DNA of 64,000 nucleotides from an uncultured candidatus Porisulfidus sp. (lineage in GTDB: Bacteria > Pseudomonadota > Gammaproteobacteria > Poriferisulfidales > Oxydemutatoraceae): NCBI GenBank assembly GCA_965215125.1, contig OZ244052.1, forward strand, positions 448,001 to 512,000. The letters are read 5' to 3'. Shown here in pieces: positions 29,015 through 39,821 of the stretch. Both the position numbers and the translations under genes were made by a program. The notes beneath the pieces were generated by a model. That model made no database searches, was not told where the DNA came from, and saw only the letters and a list, made by a program, of their open reading frames with translations. Numbering within the stretch: the first letter of the stretch is position 1; every line of letters starts with the position of its first letter.

Positions 29015-29859
29015 CGGTCGGGGGGTAGCGATAGTTGCATCAATACTGCCGAAAACTCTCGCCAAAGATCGCCCGGTGTACCGTTTCCTATTTGTTGTTC
29101 GTCGACACGGGTCACCGGTACTATATTGCGCGTCGAACTCGTCAGCCAAATCTCGTCGGCATGTAGCAAGTCGGCACGAGTTAGTGCTTTTTCTTTACAG
29201 TCGACTTTTAACCGAAAGGCTATTTCCATGACAACCTTGCGGGTAATCCCTCCCAATATCTTGTTATCGAGCGGCGGCGTCGATAAGCAACCCTCGGTCA
29301 CGATGAATAGGTTGCTCGAGGCACCCTCGGTCACATAACCTTCGTGTATCATAATCGCCTCGTGGCATCCTCGGCTTCGGGTTTGCATGCTTAGCATCAC
29401 ATTTGCCAATAAATTGGTAGATTTGATATCACAACGGGCCCACCGTATATCGTCGGTGGTCATAACACTTACACCGTGTTTGACCTTCTTTTCAAAAGCC
29501 GCCCTTGCCGGCATGGTCATTGCAAATACCGTAGGACGGATGTCGTCGTCGGGAACATGCAATCTAATCGGTGCCTGCCCTCTGCTGACTTGTAAGTAAA
29601 TGGAAAGTTCGGACAATCCACAACGGTTAATTAACTCGGAAAATATCGTTTTCCATTGTTCATCGGTCCGAGGATTATCTATACCTATATTTTGCAGGCT
29701 ACGATTGAGCCTACGCAGATGGTCGTCGCAACGAAAAACGGTACCGTGATATACCGGCAATACCTCGTACACACCGTCTCCGAAGAGGAACCCTCTATCC
29801 AAAGGGCTGATAGTACACGCTTCGGCTTGTTGATACTTTCCGTTGAGATAAGCTATCAC
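29011..29859 (-). CDS. dat: D-amino-acid aminotransferase (class IV PLP)
   Basis: DRGFLFGDGVYEV, DIKSTNLL, TEGASSN, ILGGITR; lies next to dacA. Confidence 0.88.
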   Translation of the reverse strand: MIAYLNGKYQQAEACTISPLDRGFLFGDGVYEVLPVYHGTVFRCDDHLRRLNRSLQNIGIDNPRTDEQWKTIFSELINRCGLSELSIYLQVSRGQAPIRLHVPDDDIRPTVFAMTMPARAAFEKKVKHGVSVMTTDDIRWARCDIKSTNLLANVMLSMQTRSRGCHEAIMIHEGYVTEGASSNLFIVTEGCLSTPPLDNKILGGITRKVVMEIAFRLKVDCKEKALTRADLLHADEIWLTSSTRNIVPVTRVDEQQIGNGTPGDLWREFSAVLMQLSLPPDR

Positions 29860-31007
29860 TGAAATAGATGGATAACGCTATCCGATATACGTGCCCACAA
29901 ACTACCTTCGGCGATATGGTATAAAGAAACCAATGTGCTTTGTTGGATCGTCTTACCGTCGAAAAATACCGCAACCGAACCCAGTCTCTGACCTTTTTGA
30001 ACCGGTGCGATAATATCCTCATAAACCATGAGTTCGGTTTTGACATCGGTATTTTTAGTGCGCGGCAATGTGACATAGATGTCTGCAGGCACACCCAGTT
30101 CCAGTTGCTTTCGGTCACCTCCCCAAACCCGTACTTCGGTCAACGCTTTCTGCTTGTCGAATAACCTTGAAGTTTTATAAAAACGATAACCGTAGCGCAA
30201 TAATTCACTCGCTTCGTCAAAACGCTTTTGTCGACCGCTTCCCATAATCACCGCGATCAAACGCATGCCGTCTTGTTGAGAAGAAACAGCTACACAATAA
30301 CCGGCTTTCTCGGTATATCCTGTCTTCAAACCGTCGACATTCATATTGCGCCACAATAATAAATTGCGGTTGGGTTGTCGTATATCGTTGTAGGTATAAT
30401 CGGGTTCGGAATACATAGCATAGTGTTCGGGATAATCTCGTATCAGAGCTTGGCTTAAAACAGCGATATCGCGCGAGCTCATATAATGGTTATCATCGGA
30501 AAGTCCGGTGGAATTAGTAAAATGAGATTCACTCAAACCAAGCTCCTGCGCCTTTTTATTCATCAAATCGGCAAATACCTCTTCGCTGCCCGCCACGTGC
30601 TCCGCCAAAGCAACGCTGGCATCGTTACCGGATTGTATAACCACGCCGGAGAGTAAATCGTGAACCGAAATCAAACTGCCTACTTCTATAAACATTCTGG
30701 AGCCTCCTAAAGCACTTGCCGTTCTACTGATCTTAACTTGGTCGTCTATATTAATCAGGCCGTTTTCTATCGCTTGATATACGATATAGGCAGTCATTAG
30801 TTTGGTTATACTGGCGGGGTCTATCCTTTGATCCGCATTTTTTTCCGCTAAAACTTTATTGCTATGGAAATCCATCAATATATAATTACGCGCCGCTAAA
30901 ACGGGTGCTTTGGGCACCCATTCAACGGCGTACGAAAGCGATGATCCCAGTATGGCTACAAAAAATAGTAAAATCGGGCTTATATTTTGAATGAATAATT
31001 TTCTCAT
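29856..31007 (-). CDS. dacA: D-alanyl-D-alanine carboxypeptidase (PBP5/6)
   Basis: PASITKLMT (SxxK), SGNDA, KTG. Confidence 0.93.
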   Translation of the reverse strand: MRKLFIQNISPILLFFVAILGSSLSYAVEWVPKAPVLAARNYILMDFHSNKVLAEKNADQRIDPASITKLMTAYIVYQAIENGLINIDDQVKISRTASALGGSRMFIEVGSLISVHDLLSGVVIQSGNDASVALAEHVAGSEEVFADLMNKKAQELGLSESHFTNSTGLSDDNHYMSSRDIAVLSQALIRDYPEHYAMYSEPDYTYNDIRQPNRNLLLWRNMNVDGLKTGYTEKAGYCVAVSSQQDGMRLIAVIMGSGRQKRFDEASELLRYGYRFYKTSRLFDKQKALTEVRVWGGDRKQLELGVPADIYVTLPRTKNTDVKTELMVYEDIIAPVQKGQRLGSVAVFFDGKTIQQSTLVSLYHIAEGSLWARISDSVIHLFQ

Positions 31008-31009
31008 CC

Positions 31010-31873
31010 TTAAAACTTATGAAACACTTGATAATCCATAAAACCGCTGCGGACCAGTAATTTACCGACCGCATCCAATTCCTGCCGGGTATTAAAAGGC
31101 CCCAGACGTACATAGTGGATGTCGGTTGTACCGCGATAACTCGTTCGTCCGAGACTAGGAACTAAATTCTGTTCTTTTAGCAAATGCATAACCCTGGATG
31201 CATTTTCTATCTCTTTATACGCACCTACTTGTATATAGCTGCGACGACGCTTGTTATCTAAGTTAGATACTTGGGTCTCGGGCTTAGAAACCGGCGCATC
31301 GATGACTTCTATGGTGACCGGTGCTAAGCCCACTTCGGTCATATCTATCTTTTTTGCTGCAGCGTAGGAAAGATCTACAATACGCCCTTCTACAAAGGGA
31401 CCGCGATCGTTGACCCTAACGGTTACACTCTTTCCGTTATTATGGTTCAAAACCTTTATGTACGAGGGCAACGGCAGGCTTTTATGCGCAGCCGTCATTT
31501 GATACATATCGTAGATTTCTTGATTAGCGGTTAAGCGGCCGTGAAATTTTTTTCCGTACCAAGAAGCCAATCCGGTTTCGCGATAACCTACAGCTACCGG
31601 TTTGACATAGTAACGCCGACCTTTGACCACATACGAATATTCACCGGTCTTCGGCGTTGTGTCGGGTACATACTTGAATTTCTTAAATTTCTTAGGCAAC
31701 GACATCGGAGTTTTCCATTGACCGACATCACTAATATTAGCAGCCGGAACAGTACACCCCGAGATAAGCATCAAGGCTATCGCAGTTATAACTATCGGAT
31801 AGAAACTGGAACGTGTTTTGCTGCGCATGGTTTTATCGAGCAGTAATCTAATACTGTTGTTTAATAAGCTCAC
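31010..31873 (-). CDS. rlpA: Septal ring lytic transglycosylase RlpA (true start may be 31828)
   Basis: ISGC lipobox, ASWYGKKFHG, TAAHKSLP, VRVNDRGPF, C-terminal SPOR domain. Confidence 0.94.
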   Translation of the reverse strand: MSLLNNSIRLLLDKTMRSKTRSSFYPIVITAIALMLISGCTVPAANISDVGQWKTPMSLPKKFKKFKYVPDTTPKTGEYSYVVKGRRYYVKPVAVGYRETGLASWYGKKFHGRLTANQEIYDMYQMTAAHKSLPLPSYIKVLNHNNGKSVTVRVNDRGPFVEGRIVDLSYAAAKKIDMTEVGLAPVTIEVIDAPVSKPETQVSNLDNKRRRSYIQVGAYKEIENASRVMHLLKEQNLVPSLGRTSYRGTTDIHYVRLGPFNTRQELDAVGKLLVRSGFMDYQVFHKF

Positions 31874-32843
31874 TCAGTTGATGAACTACCATTGCATAGC
31901 GATGGCTGTGGTTATATCTTGTAATGACATAAAAGTTATTATAACCCACCCAAACCTTAGGGACTAAACTTGCGTTTTCTTTTTCAAACTTAAACAGCGA
32001 GAATAAAGGTTCCTGCGGTTCAAAATTTTGGAGGCTAATATTGCGTTCTTTCAAATCCGCAACAGAAAGCCACGGCTTAAATTTTTTATCCAACAACGAT
32101 TCGTAGTCGCCGCCTATCTCCACATAAACTCCTACCGGCTTTTGCGACATCCAACCGTGTCTTTTTATATAATTAGCTACGCTACCGATTGCATCGGCCC
32201 GACTATTCCATAAATCTCTGACACCGTCATTATCAAAATCAACCGCATAACTCCTATAACTGCTTGAAATAAATTGTCCCGTTCCCATGGCACCGGCGTA
32301 AGAGCCTTTGAGTTTATCGCATTGCAGTGTACTTTCTTGACGACACAGTAACAAAAACTCGCTTAGTTCCTGCTTAAAAAAATCGGCTCTGCGAGGATAA
32401 TCAAAACCTAAGGTGACCAGTGTGCTGAATACCGGAAAACTACCGGTGTTTCTTCCATAAAAGGTCTCTACACCGATAATTGCAACGATCAGTGATGCCG
32501 GCACACCGAACTCCGTCTCGGCTTGCTCTAGAAAATCCTTATATTGTTCCCGAAACAATACACCACCGCTAATGCGCAACGGGGTAATAAATATTTCTTT
32601 GTATTCCGGCCACGGCTTAGCCTCCGCCGGCCTATCCATCGCCGCAATCGCTCGCTCTTGTTTTATCGCACCTTTGAATTTTTGCTCTAGATCGGCACGG
32701 TCAAATGCGTGCATAGCGACCATCTGATCTATATAGGCTTTAACATCGTCGCGTTTATAGTAATCCTCGGCAGCCGTGAAATCGGCCAGCAATAGAATTA
32801 AAAAAATACTAGGCAACAAACGCGCATACAAAAATACATTCAT
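31848..32843 (-). CDS. mltB: Lytic murein transglycosylase B
   Basis: AIIGVETFYG, GSYAGAMG..QF..SSY, ITRYNHS. Confidence 0.95.
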   Translation of the reverse strand: MNVFLYARLLPSIFLILLLADFTAAEDYYKRDDVKAYIDQMVAMHAFDRADLEQKFKGAIKQERAIAAMDRPAEAKPWPEYKEIFITPLRISGGVLFREQYKDFLEQAETEFGVPASLIVAIIGVETFYGRNTGSFPVFSTLVTLGFDYPRRADFFKQELSEFLLLCRQESTLQCDKLKGSYAGAMGTGQFISSSYRSYAVDFDNDGVRDLWNSRADAIGSVANYIKRHGWMSQKPVGVYVEIGGDYESLLDKKFKPWLSVADLKERNISLQNFEPQEPLFSLFKFEKENASLVPKVWVGYNNFYVITRYNHSHRYAMVVHQLSELIKQQY

Positions 32844-33985
32844 AATCTCTGACTCATCATCGGGCGGTGCCTAAGTACCGATATTAACATACCGAAAGAT
32901 GCCAATACCGATACGACCGAACTTCCGCCATAACTCATTAACGGCAAAGGCACACCTACAACCGGTAGTAGCCCGCTAACCATGGCAACACTAATAAAAA
33001 AGTAGGTAGCAAAAGAAAATGTCAAGCTCCCTGCCAACAGGCGACCGAAATAATCCGCTGCGTTGAGTGTGATTATTATACCCCTAACAACTATGGCAAG
33101 GTATATTAAAATCAATAAACAGCAACCTATAAAACCAAATTCTTCGGCAAACACCGAAAAAACGAAATCGGTTGAATGTTCGGGAACAAAGCCCAAATAC
33201 GACTGGGTGCCGTTCAACCAGCCTTTACCCCATAGCCCCCCCGAACCGATGGCAACCTTTGATTGATAAATATGATAACCGCCTTCGGCAAGGTAATTTT
33301 CCGGGTTTAAGAACACGATAATACGCTGCCTTTGATATTCGTGTAGCGAGTCCCATATCGGTACCGACAAAGAAGCCAACAAGACTACAAATAATAGAAT
33401 CCACGACCATCGTATGCCGGCTAAAAAGATGACCCATGCAGCGGAGATAAAAATTAACACCGATGTGCCTAAATCGGGTTGTTTGAGAACTAAAATAATC
33501 GGTATCGCTACAACAATCAGTGCCAACAATATAGAACTTAACGACGGTGGATAGTGCTCACGACTTGCGAATATCTTGCAAAGGAATAAAGGCACCGCAA
33601 ATTTAAGTATCTCCGACGGCTGGAAGGTTAGCAACCATAGATTGAGCCATCGTTGCGCGCCTCTGCCCACTTCTCCTACAATTAATACAAAAACTAGAAG
33701 TATCAAACCTGCGGCATATAATAACCATGCCCATCTGCGATAAACGATCAAAGGCACCGACGCAAACGCGATAAAGCAGACAAAGCCTATAGCCAAGCGC
33801 CACCCTTGCTTCCATAACAACTCGGTACTTTGCCCTCCCGAACTGTATAGCATGATTAAACCCAAACACGATAACGTAAGAAGCAAAATCAATAGCGGAT
33901 AATCTATCTTTGAAAATATATCTCTCGCTAAAATTCGTAATTTAACAAAGGAAATGACATTCCAATTAGTAACATCGGTGACCAT
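32840..33985 (-). CDS. rodA: Rod shape-determining protein RodA
   Basis: GAQRWL, FQPSE..K, QPDLGT, QSKVAIGSGG, PEHSTDF, SYGGSS. Confidence 0.96.
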   Translation of the reverse strand: MVTDVTNWNVISFVKLRILARDIFSKIDYPLLILLLTLSCLGLIMLYSSGGQSTELLWKQGWRLAIGFVCFIAFASVPLIVYRRWAWLLYAAGLILLVFVLIVGEVGRGAQRWLNLWLLTFQPSEILKFAVPLFLCKIFASREHYPPSLSSILLALIVVAIPIILVLKQPDLGTSVLIFISAAWVIFLAGIRWSWILLFVVLLASLSVPIWDSLHEYQRQRIIVFLNPENYLAEGGYHIYQSKVAIGSGGLWGKGWLNGTQSYLGFVPEHSTDFVFSVFAEEFGFIGCCLLILIYLAIVVRGIIITLNAADYFGRLLAGSLTFSFATYFFISVAMVSGLLPVVGVPLPLMSYGGSSVVSVLASFGMLISVLRHRPMMSQRL

Positions 33986-35839
33986 CTATTCGATATGCTC
34001 TAAAGCACTTAGAGTCGTTTTTCCGAAATAGGCATCTAAGACTCGGCGAGCAACCGGAGCTGCATATTTTGAACCGCTACCGCTATGCTCAACGACGACC
34101 GCAATTGCAATTTCCGGTGTCGACGGTGGTGCAAAGCCGATAAACATCGCATGGTCACGCAACTCTCTCTGCAATTCAACTTCTTTTTCTTTCTTTCTAT
34201 CAAGAATACGACGAGTTTGTACGGTACCGGTTTTGCCGGCAATTTTATATTCGGCAAATTGCCCGATTCTATAAGCGGTTCCGTTGGGACGGTGTACCGT
34301 ATCGATCATCGCGTCTATCACATAATCCCAATCTTGTTGCGAATTATCACTGAGCTGTACGGGTGATTCGGGTGTTTTCTTTTGCCACTCGGTCCGCCCT
34401 GTTTTGCGGTGTGCCTGCACTAAATAAGGAGTTACTTTTTTTCCTCTATTGGCAAGCGTTGCGGTCATTACCGCTAGCTGTAAGGGGGTTGCCAATAAAT
34501 AACCTTGTCCTATGCCCATCATGATCGTTTCTGCCGGAAACCATTTTTCGTTGCGTTTAGAATATTTCCAGTGCGGGGTCGGCACCAAACCCGACGCCTC
34601 GGAAGTCGTATCAATTTTTGTTTTGTTTCCTAATCCAAATTCCTCAAGGAAAGAAGACAATTTCGACACACCCATGCGATAGGCGACATCGTAAAAGAAT
34701 ACATCGCACGACTGCGTTATCGACAAACTTAAATCGACTAAACCGTGTCCGTCCTTTCGCCAATCTCTGTAATGACGTTTGAAACCGGGAATCTGATAAT
34801 AAGGGCCCGCATACATCCGATACGACGGATCCACGATTTTGAATTTCAAAGCAGCCAATGCGACTACCGGCTTGAGCGTAGAACCGGGTGCATACTGTCC
34901 ACTAAGCGCACGATGAAAAAAAGGATTAAATGAATTATCGGCGTTTAGCTCTCGGTATTTTTTCTCCGAAAAACTATAGGTAAATAAATTAGGGTTGAAG
35001 GTCGGCTTACTAACCATCGCCAACACACCACCGCTACGCGGATCCAATACCACAACCGCCCCTTGATGTTCTGCCAATGCCTCGTAGGCAGCCCGCTGCA
35101 AGTGAGTATCCACAGTCAACATAATATCGTCGCCGGCCTGCGCGGGACGCAAATCGGTACTTGCGAGTATCTTTCTATGCGCATTAACCTCCACTCTACG
35201 CAAACCTAATTTTCCGCGTAGCATAGGTTCATAATATTTTTCTATGCCGGTCTTGCCTATATCATCCCGACGCAAATAATTTTTTTTATCAATTCTGCCT
35301 AAATCTTCGGAATCTACGGTACCGACATAACCTACGACATGCGAAAACAAATCATTCTCGGGATAATAACGAACTAGACGACCGACGACTTCTAGTTCCG
35401 GCATACGATAAAGTTCGGAAGCTATCCGTGCCACTTCCTCCTCGAATAGATTGGAGCGTAAAACCAATCTGTGGGAATTCGGATTTGTCCTAATTCTATT
35501 TTCCAAATCGGATAGTGCTCGGGCATCTAGATTCGACAAACTTTGCAACTTTTCTATAACGGTATCTCTATCGGTAATTAGATCGGGTAAAAGTTCGAGG
35601 TCGTAGCTCGTGCGGTTTCCCGCCAGGACCCGCCCTTTGCTATCGTATATAAGTCCACGCTGTGGGCTAATAGAAGTTAGATCGAAGCGATTGCCGTCCG
35701 ATGTTGTTTGATAGTCGCTATATTGGGTAACTTGCAAATTATATAAGTTATATAGCAGTAATGAGAGCAACCCCAAAATAATAATGGCAGCGGTTATAAC
35801 TCTAGCCTTAAAAAGTCGCTTGGGTATATAATCCGCCAC
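33986..35839 (-). CDS. mrdA: Penicillin-binding protein 2
   Basis: PGSTLKP, SCDVFFY, AGKTGT; upstream of rodA. Confidence 0.95.
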   Translation of the reverse strand: MADYIPKRLFKARVITAAIIILGLLSLLLYNLYNLQVTQYSDYQTTSDGNRFDLTSISPQRGLIYDSKGRVLAGNRTSYDLELLPDLITDRDTVIEKLQSLSNLDARALSDLENRIRTNPNSHRLVLRSNLFEEEVARIASELYRMPELEVVGRLVRYYPENDLFSHVVGYVGTVDSEDLGRIDKKNYLRRDDIGKTGIEKYYEPMLRGKLGLRRVEVNAHRKILASTDLRPAQAGDDIMLTVDTHLQRAAYEALAEHQGAVVVLDPRSGGVLAMVSKPTFNPNLFTYSFSEKKYRELNADNSFNPFFHRALSGQYAPGSTLKPVVALAALKFKIVDPSYRMYAGPYYQIPGFKRHYRDWRKDGHGLVDLSLSITQSCDVFFYDVAYRMGVSKLSSFLEEFGLGNKTKIDTTSEASGLVPTPHWKYSKRNEKWFPAETIMMGIGQGYLLATPLQLAVMTATLANRGKKVTPYLVQAHRKTGRTEWQKKTPESPVQLSDNSQQDWDYVIDAMIDTVHRPNGTAYRIGQFAEYKIAGKTGTVQTRRILDRKKEKEVELQRELRDHAMFIGFAPPSTPEIAIAVVVEHSGSGSKYAAPVARRVLDAYFGKTTLSALEHIE

Positions 35840-35851
35840 TATTGGTAAATG

Positions 35852-36379
35852 CTATGATTTATAACGTTTGATGCTTTCGCTAATCTCTTGCTGCATTTTT
35901 TCGGGTGCCAACCAACCTTCTACTTTTACCCATTTATCGGCCTCGAGCTTCTTATAATGTTCAAAAAAGTGGACAATTTGATCAAGCAGATTTTGGTCCA
36001 ACTGTTCTACACTTTCTATGTGGTCGTAGCCGCTATTCATACCTTTTTTAGGCACTGCCAGCAATTTAAGATCACGGCCCGATTCATCGCTCATGTCGAG
36101 CGCACCCAAAGGGCGACTCGGTATCACACACCCTACCATCAAAGGCACCGACGTGACAACTAAAACATCCAAGGGGTCACCATCCTCGGAGAGAGTTTGA
36201 GGAACAAAACCATAATTTGCAGGGTAATACATAGGAACATTCATAAACCTGTCAATCCATACCGAGTTACTCTCTTTATCCAGTTCGTACTTGATGGGAT
36301 CGGCATGCGCCGGTATTTCTATGACAACGTTCAGTACCTCGGAAGTTGAGTCGGTCGCAGGTATTCTGTCTATATTCAT
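35852..36379 (-). CDS. ppa: Inorganic pyrophosphatase
   Basis: KYELDK, YPANYGFVP.TL..DGDPLDV; start set to MNIDRIP. Confidence 0.96.
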   Translation of the reverse strand: MNIDRIPATDSTSEVLNVVIEIPAHADPIKYELDKESNSVWIDRFMNVPMYYPANYGFVPQTLSEDGDPLDVLVVTSVPLMVGCVIPSRPLGALDMSDESGRDLKLLAVPKKGMNSGYDHIESVEQLDQNLLDQIVHFFEHYKKLEADKWVKVEGWLAPEKMQQEISESIKRYKS

Positions 36380-36392
36380 GTTCTGAGATCTT

Positions 36393-36722
36393 TTATTGTT
36401 GAGCAGATGTTGCAACGGCATCGGTCACCATTTTCTGCAACTCACCTTTCTCAAACAGTTCAACCACGATGTCACACCCACCGACCAATTCACCGTTGAT
36501 ATAAATCTGGGGGAATGTAGGCCAGTTTGCAAAACGGGGTAGATTCTGAAAAATATCGGGATCCAACAATACATTGACATATGCGAATTCATGACCGCAA
36601 TGTTGCAACGCCATAGCTGCCCTACTTGAAAAACCACATTGCGGCATCTGAGGGGTACCTTTCATATAGATAATAACGGCATTATCTTCAACCTGTTTTT
36701 TAATTTTGTCCATTATATTCAT
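36393..36722 (-). CDS. grxD: Monothiol glutaredoxin Grx4
   Basis: KGTPQMPQCGFS, WPTFPQ, GGCD. Confidence 0.96.
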   Translation of the reverse strand: MNIMDKIKKQVEDNAVIIYMKGTPQMPQCGFSSRAAMALQHCGHEFAYVNVLLDPDIFQNLPRFANWPTFPQIYINGELVGGCDIVVELFEKGELQKMVTDAVATSAQQ

Positions 36723-36848
36723 TGAGTTTCTCCAATCATAAAATCATTAAATTATATACAAAGTAAGCATTATCCTATTGTACAAGGCTTTGACGGAGAT
36801 ACAATATGACGGACGAAATAAAAACTCGTCCTTATTGAAAGGTCTAAA

Positions 36849-37661
36849 TCAATAGAAAGCTGTGCGGCGGCGGTGATAGTATTTGACATCGCGAAACGAT
36901 GCCCTGCCTTCTTTACCGACACCCATATAGAGTTCTTGTATATCCTCGCGTTCCATCATCTCTTTTGCACTACCTTTGGTAACAACACGGCCGTTTTCTA
37001 TAACATAACCGTAATCTGCATAATTTAAGGCGATGACCGCATTCTGTTCGGCAACCAAGAAACTAACCCCTTCATTCTTATTTAAGTCCCTGACTATCCT
37101 AAACACCTCTTCGACAAACTGCGGTGCTAATCCCATAGAGGGTTCATCCAAAAGGATAAGGCGCGGACGCGCCATCAGTGCGCGACCTATCGCAGTCATT
37201 TGTTGCTCGCCACCCGATGTGAAACCGGTTAGACTTTTACGTCGATCCCGAATACGCGGAAAATACTCGTAGACTTTTTCTAAATCTTCTTTTATTTCGG
37301 CTTGGGTTGCCGTCTTTCTTATAAAAGAACCCGTTAATAGATTCTCTTCGACGCTAAGACGAGGAAAACAGTGGCGCCCCTCGAGAACCTGAACCACGCC
37401 TCCTTTGACTAGATCGTACGGCATCATTTCGGCAATATTATCACCGTTGTATTCTATAGAACCTTTGGTCACCACACCTCGTTCGGCATGTAATAAATTT
37501 GAGCATGCTTTGAGTGTAGTGGTTTTTCCGGCACCGTTGGCACCCAACAACGAGACGACACTCCCTTCGGGCACTTCCAAGGTTACACCGCGCAATGCCA
37601 GTATCACCTGACTATATACAACTTCTATGTTTTGTATCGATAGTAGTATTTTTCCTACCAT
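36849..37661 (-). CDS. ABC transporter ATP-binding protein (LivF-like)
   Basis: GANGAGKTT, SGGEQQM, LLDEPSMGLAP. Confidence 0.92.
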   Translation of the reverse strand: MVGKILLSIQNIEVVYSQVILALRGVTLEVPEGSVVSLLGANGAGKTTTLKACSNLLHAERGVVTKGSIEYNGDNIAEMMPYDLVKGGVVQVLEGRHCFPRLSVEENLLTGSFIRKTATQAEIKEDLEKVYEYFPRIRDRRKSLTGFTSGGEQQMTAIGRALMARPRLILLDEPSMGLAPQFVEEVFRIVRDLNKNEGVSFLVAEQNAVIALNYADYGYVIENGRVVTKGSAKEMMEREDIQELYMGVGKEGRASFRDVKYYHRRRTAFY

Positions 37662-37682
37662 AGCTTATCTTGATTCTCGATT

Positions 37683-37721
37683 AAAAAAAGAGGGCAGGAA
37701 GATATTTAATCTCCCTACCCT
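37683..37721 (-). terminator. Intrinsic terminator/attenuator between the substrate-binding gene and the ATPase gene
   Basis: AGGGTAGGGAGAT-loop-ATCTTCCTGCCCT followed by CT7 on the - strand. Confidence 0.75.
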
Positions 37722-37749
37722 TATTCACATATAATTGATTATTTATGAA

Positions 37750-39123
37750 TTAAATATCGAAGTTATCTCTATCTTCCGGATTGTTGCAATCGCGTTGCTT
37801 GAACTCAGGATTTTCTTCAACGTATTTTGCGGCGTTTTCATTCACGACTTGGCGAGAAAAATCGCTACTGCCGTCAATCCAATCGCTAATCAACTTCCAC
37901 TCGCGTGCATTGGCATCCCATTGCTGGAAACGTGCCAAGTGCACAGCTGCATGATCCATGCAGGTTACCTGTATAGGCGGTACGACATCCATCAGACCCA
38001 TTTCGTTCAGATCATCTTGGGTTAAGTGGATGTTTTCAAAACCCCAGCGCACTTGTGCGCTTGAAAGTTCTTTACCGAAACGCTTTTGCGCAACACGGAT
38101 TGCCTCCGAAGACATAACCGCAGCCCAAAGGCCTAAGTTCCAGTAGACACTCCCTATGCGAGAACGATCTTCCAGATCACCTTTGCCTCGGTTGTAAAGA
38201 CTTTCGATAATTTCCTGGGCCACCGGGAAATCGGTACCGGCACGATGCACTGTCACCGCTTGATAGCCGTCCGCCGTTTTACCGGCAGGAATTACATCTT
38301 CGTCCGAATTGCTCCACTCGTTGCCGATTAGATTAGACACCGAGTAGCCGGTGCGAGCGGCAGTCTGCATAGCGACCGGATTCATAACACCCCAACCTCT
38401 TAAAAAGACATAAGCGGGCTTGAGTTTACGAATCTTCAGCCATTGAGAACCTTGCTCGTTACCGGGGTGGGGAACTTCTATAGGCTCGTGTGTGAAACCG
38501 TATTGCTCACCTAATCCGGTCAAGAACTCATTGGCTTCACGGCCATAAGGCGAACCGTGATATAAGGTCACGATAGTCTCACCTTTGAGTTTATCCATGC
38601 CTCCCATTTGCTGACCCATGTGCTTAATCGTTGCAAAAGCAAAGTCATAAGCATTGGTGCCCAAAGGGAATTGATAAGGGAAAACATCGCCGCGTTCGGT
38701 TTCCGTTCTACCGTGGTTTACACTGATAATGGAAATTTTATCACGACGTCCTTGCTCAATTAGGCCGGATGATATACCTACACTCAGAGGGTCAAAATAA
38801 AGAGCTTCACCTAAGTCACTTTTCTTTTGACGGTGATAGCATTCTATACCTTTAGTTCTGTTGTATTCTGTTTCGCATTCGTCCCAGACTACCTTGACGC
38901 CACCAATACCACCATCGCGCTCGTTCAAGAGCGTGTAGTAGTCAATGATGCCTCCAAAATAGCCGGTACCGCCTGCGGCATAGGGACCAGTTCGGTAGAC
39001 AGGCATAGGAACATAGTATTGCGCATCAGCTCCATGATTGCCTGCAGCTGCCGGGAGCGAACCCAACAACATGGTTACCATCGTGGTCGTAAGTACGAGT
39101 AATTTTTTCATTATTTCCTCCAT
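37750..39123 (-). CDS. ABC transporter substrate-binding protein (branched-chain amino acid-like family)
   Basis: Signal peptide, YRTGPYA, NERDGGIGGV, ECETEY, HGSPYGRE, GWGVMNP. Confidence 0.9.
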   Translation of the reverse strand: MEEIMKKLLVLTTTMVTMLLGSLPAAAGNHGADAQYYVPMPVYRTGPYAAGGTGYFGGIIDYYTLLNERDGGIGGVKVVWDECETEYNRTKGIECYHRQKKSDLGEALYFDPLSVGISSGLIEQGRRDKISIISVNHGRTETERGDVFPYQFPLGTNAYDFAFATIKHMGQQMGGMDKLKGETIVTLYHGSPYGREANEFLTGLGEQYGFTHEPIEVPHPGNEQGSQWLKIRKLKPAYVFLRGWGVMNPVAMQTAARTGYSVSNLIGNEWSNSDEDVIPAGKTADGYQAVTVHRAGTDFPVAQEIIESLYNRGKGDLEDRSRIGSVYWNLGLWAAVMSSEAIRVAQKRFGKELSSAQVRWGFENIHLTQDDLNEMGLMDVVPPIQVTCMDHAAVHLARFQQWDANAREWKLISDWIDGSSDFSRQVVNENAAKYVEENPEFKQRDCNNPEDRDNFDI

Positions 39124-39389
39124 AATTACTTTTGATCAAAAGTCACTGCGTCCTTGCAGCTTCCTTACTAAAATTTTAACTAGTTACTATTAACTAATTA
39201 ACTAGGCTCCCTTAAGCTCTCGTCCTTGAGAAATTGCATAATGGAGTCTATCTAAACGAAGTAACCTACCATATATTCAAACATACTGCAATAATTCACA
39301 AAAATTATATTAAATTACTATGTTTTACTTGCCTCGATGGTGTGTAATATATTAATTTTAGCTGTTTCATGCGACTTTTGAATTTATGA

Positions 39390-39705
39390 TAGACCACGCC
39401 CGCAGAGGCAGAATAGAGCCGCCGATTGAACCGGTAGGTTAATCGGCAATTCAATGATGTCCGTCCTAAAGTTTAATACTTGCACAAATCCAATCGCTTT
39501 GCGCCACCCGATAATGGTTTCCATATTTGACAACCACCCCGTCAGGCTCAATAGAACCGCCGATTGAACCGGCAGGTCAATCGGCGTGACTTTGTTCAGA
39601 ACCTCAACATGATTGCTAATCGCATGCATTGCAAAATGCATAGGCCACCCCTCCGAAGGAGGGGAATGTACCGTCCTACAGTTTGTAGATACTTTTTCAA
39701 CGACC
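39390..39705 (+). repeat. Repeat island G (long form)
   Basis: Two CGCCGATTGA..AATCGGC hairpins, CCCCTCCGAAGGAGGGG, and inverted GATACTTTTTCAACGACC. Confidence 0.92.
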
Positions 39706-39821
39706 TGATTTCATTTTATTGTAACATATACACTTGAAAATTCTTGAAATTAAAAATACCGCCCCTACATGTTAGTCAATTTGTTGTAGCACACATACCA
39801 ACGAACAATCAAAACTCATAA

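Noticed and set aside
11936-39641. Similar small ORFs (11936-12271, 20401-20691, 39384-39641, ...KVTPIDLPVQSAVLLS...) as a protein family
   Set aside because: They are translations of the DNA repeat; starts and stops differ between copies, and the hairpin inversion changes the peptide.
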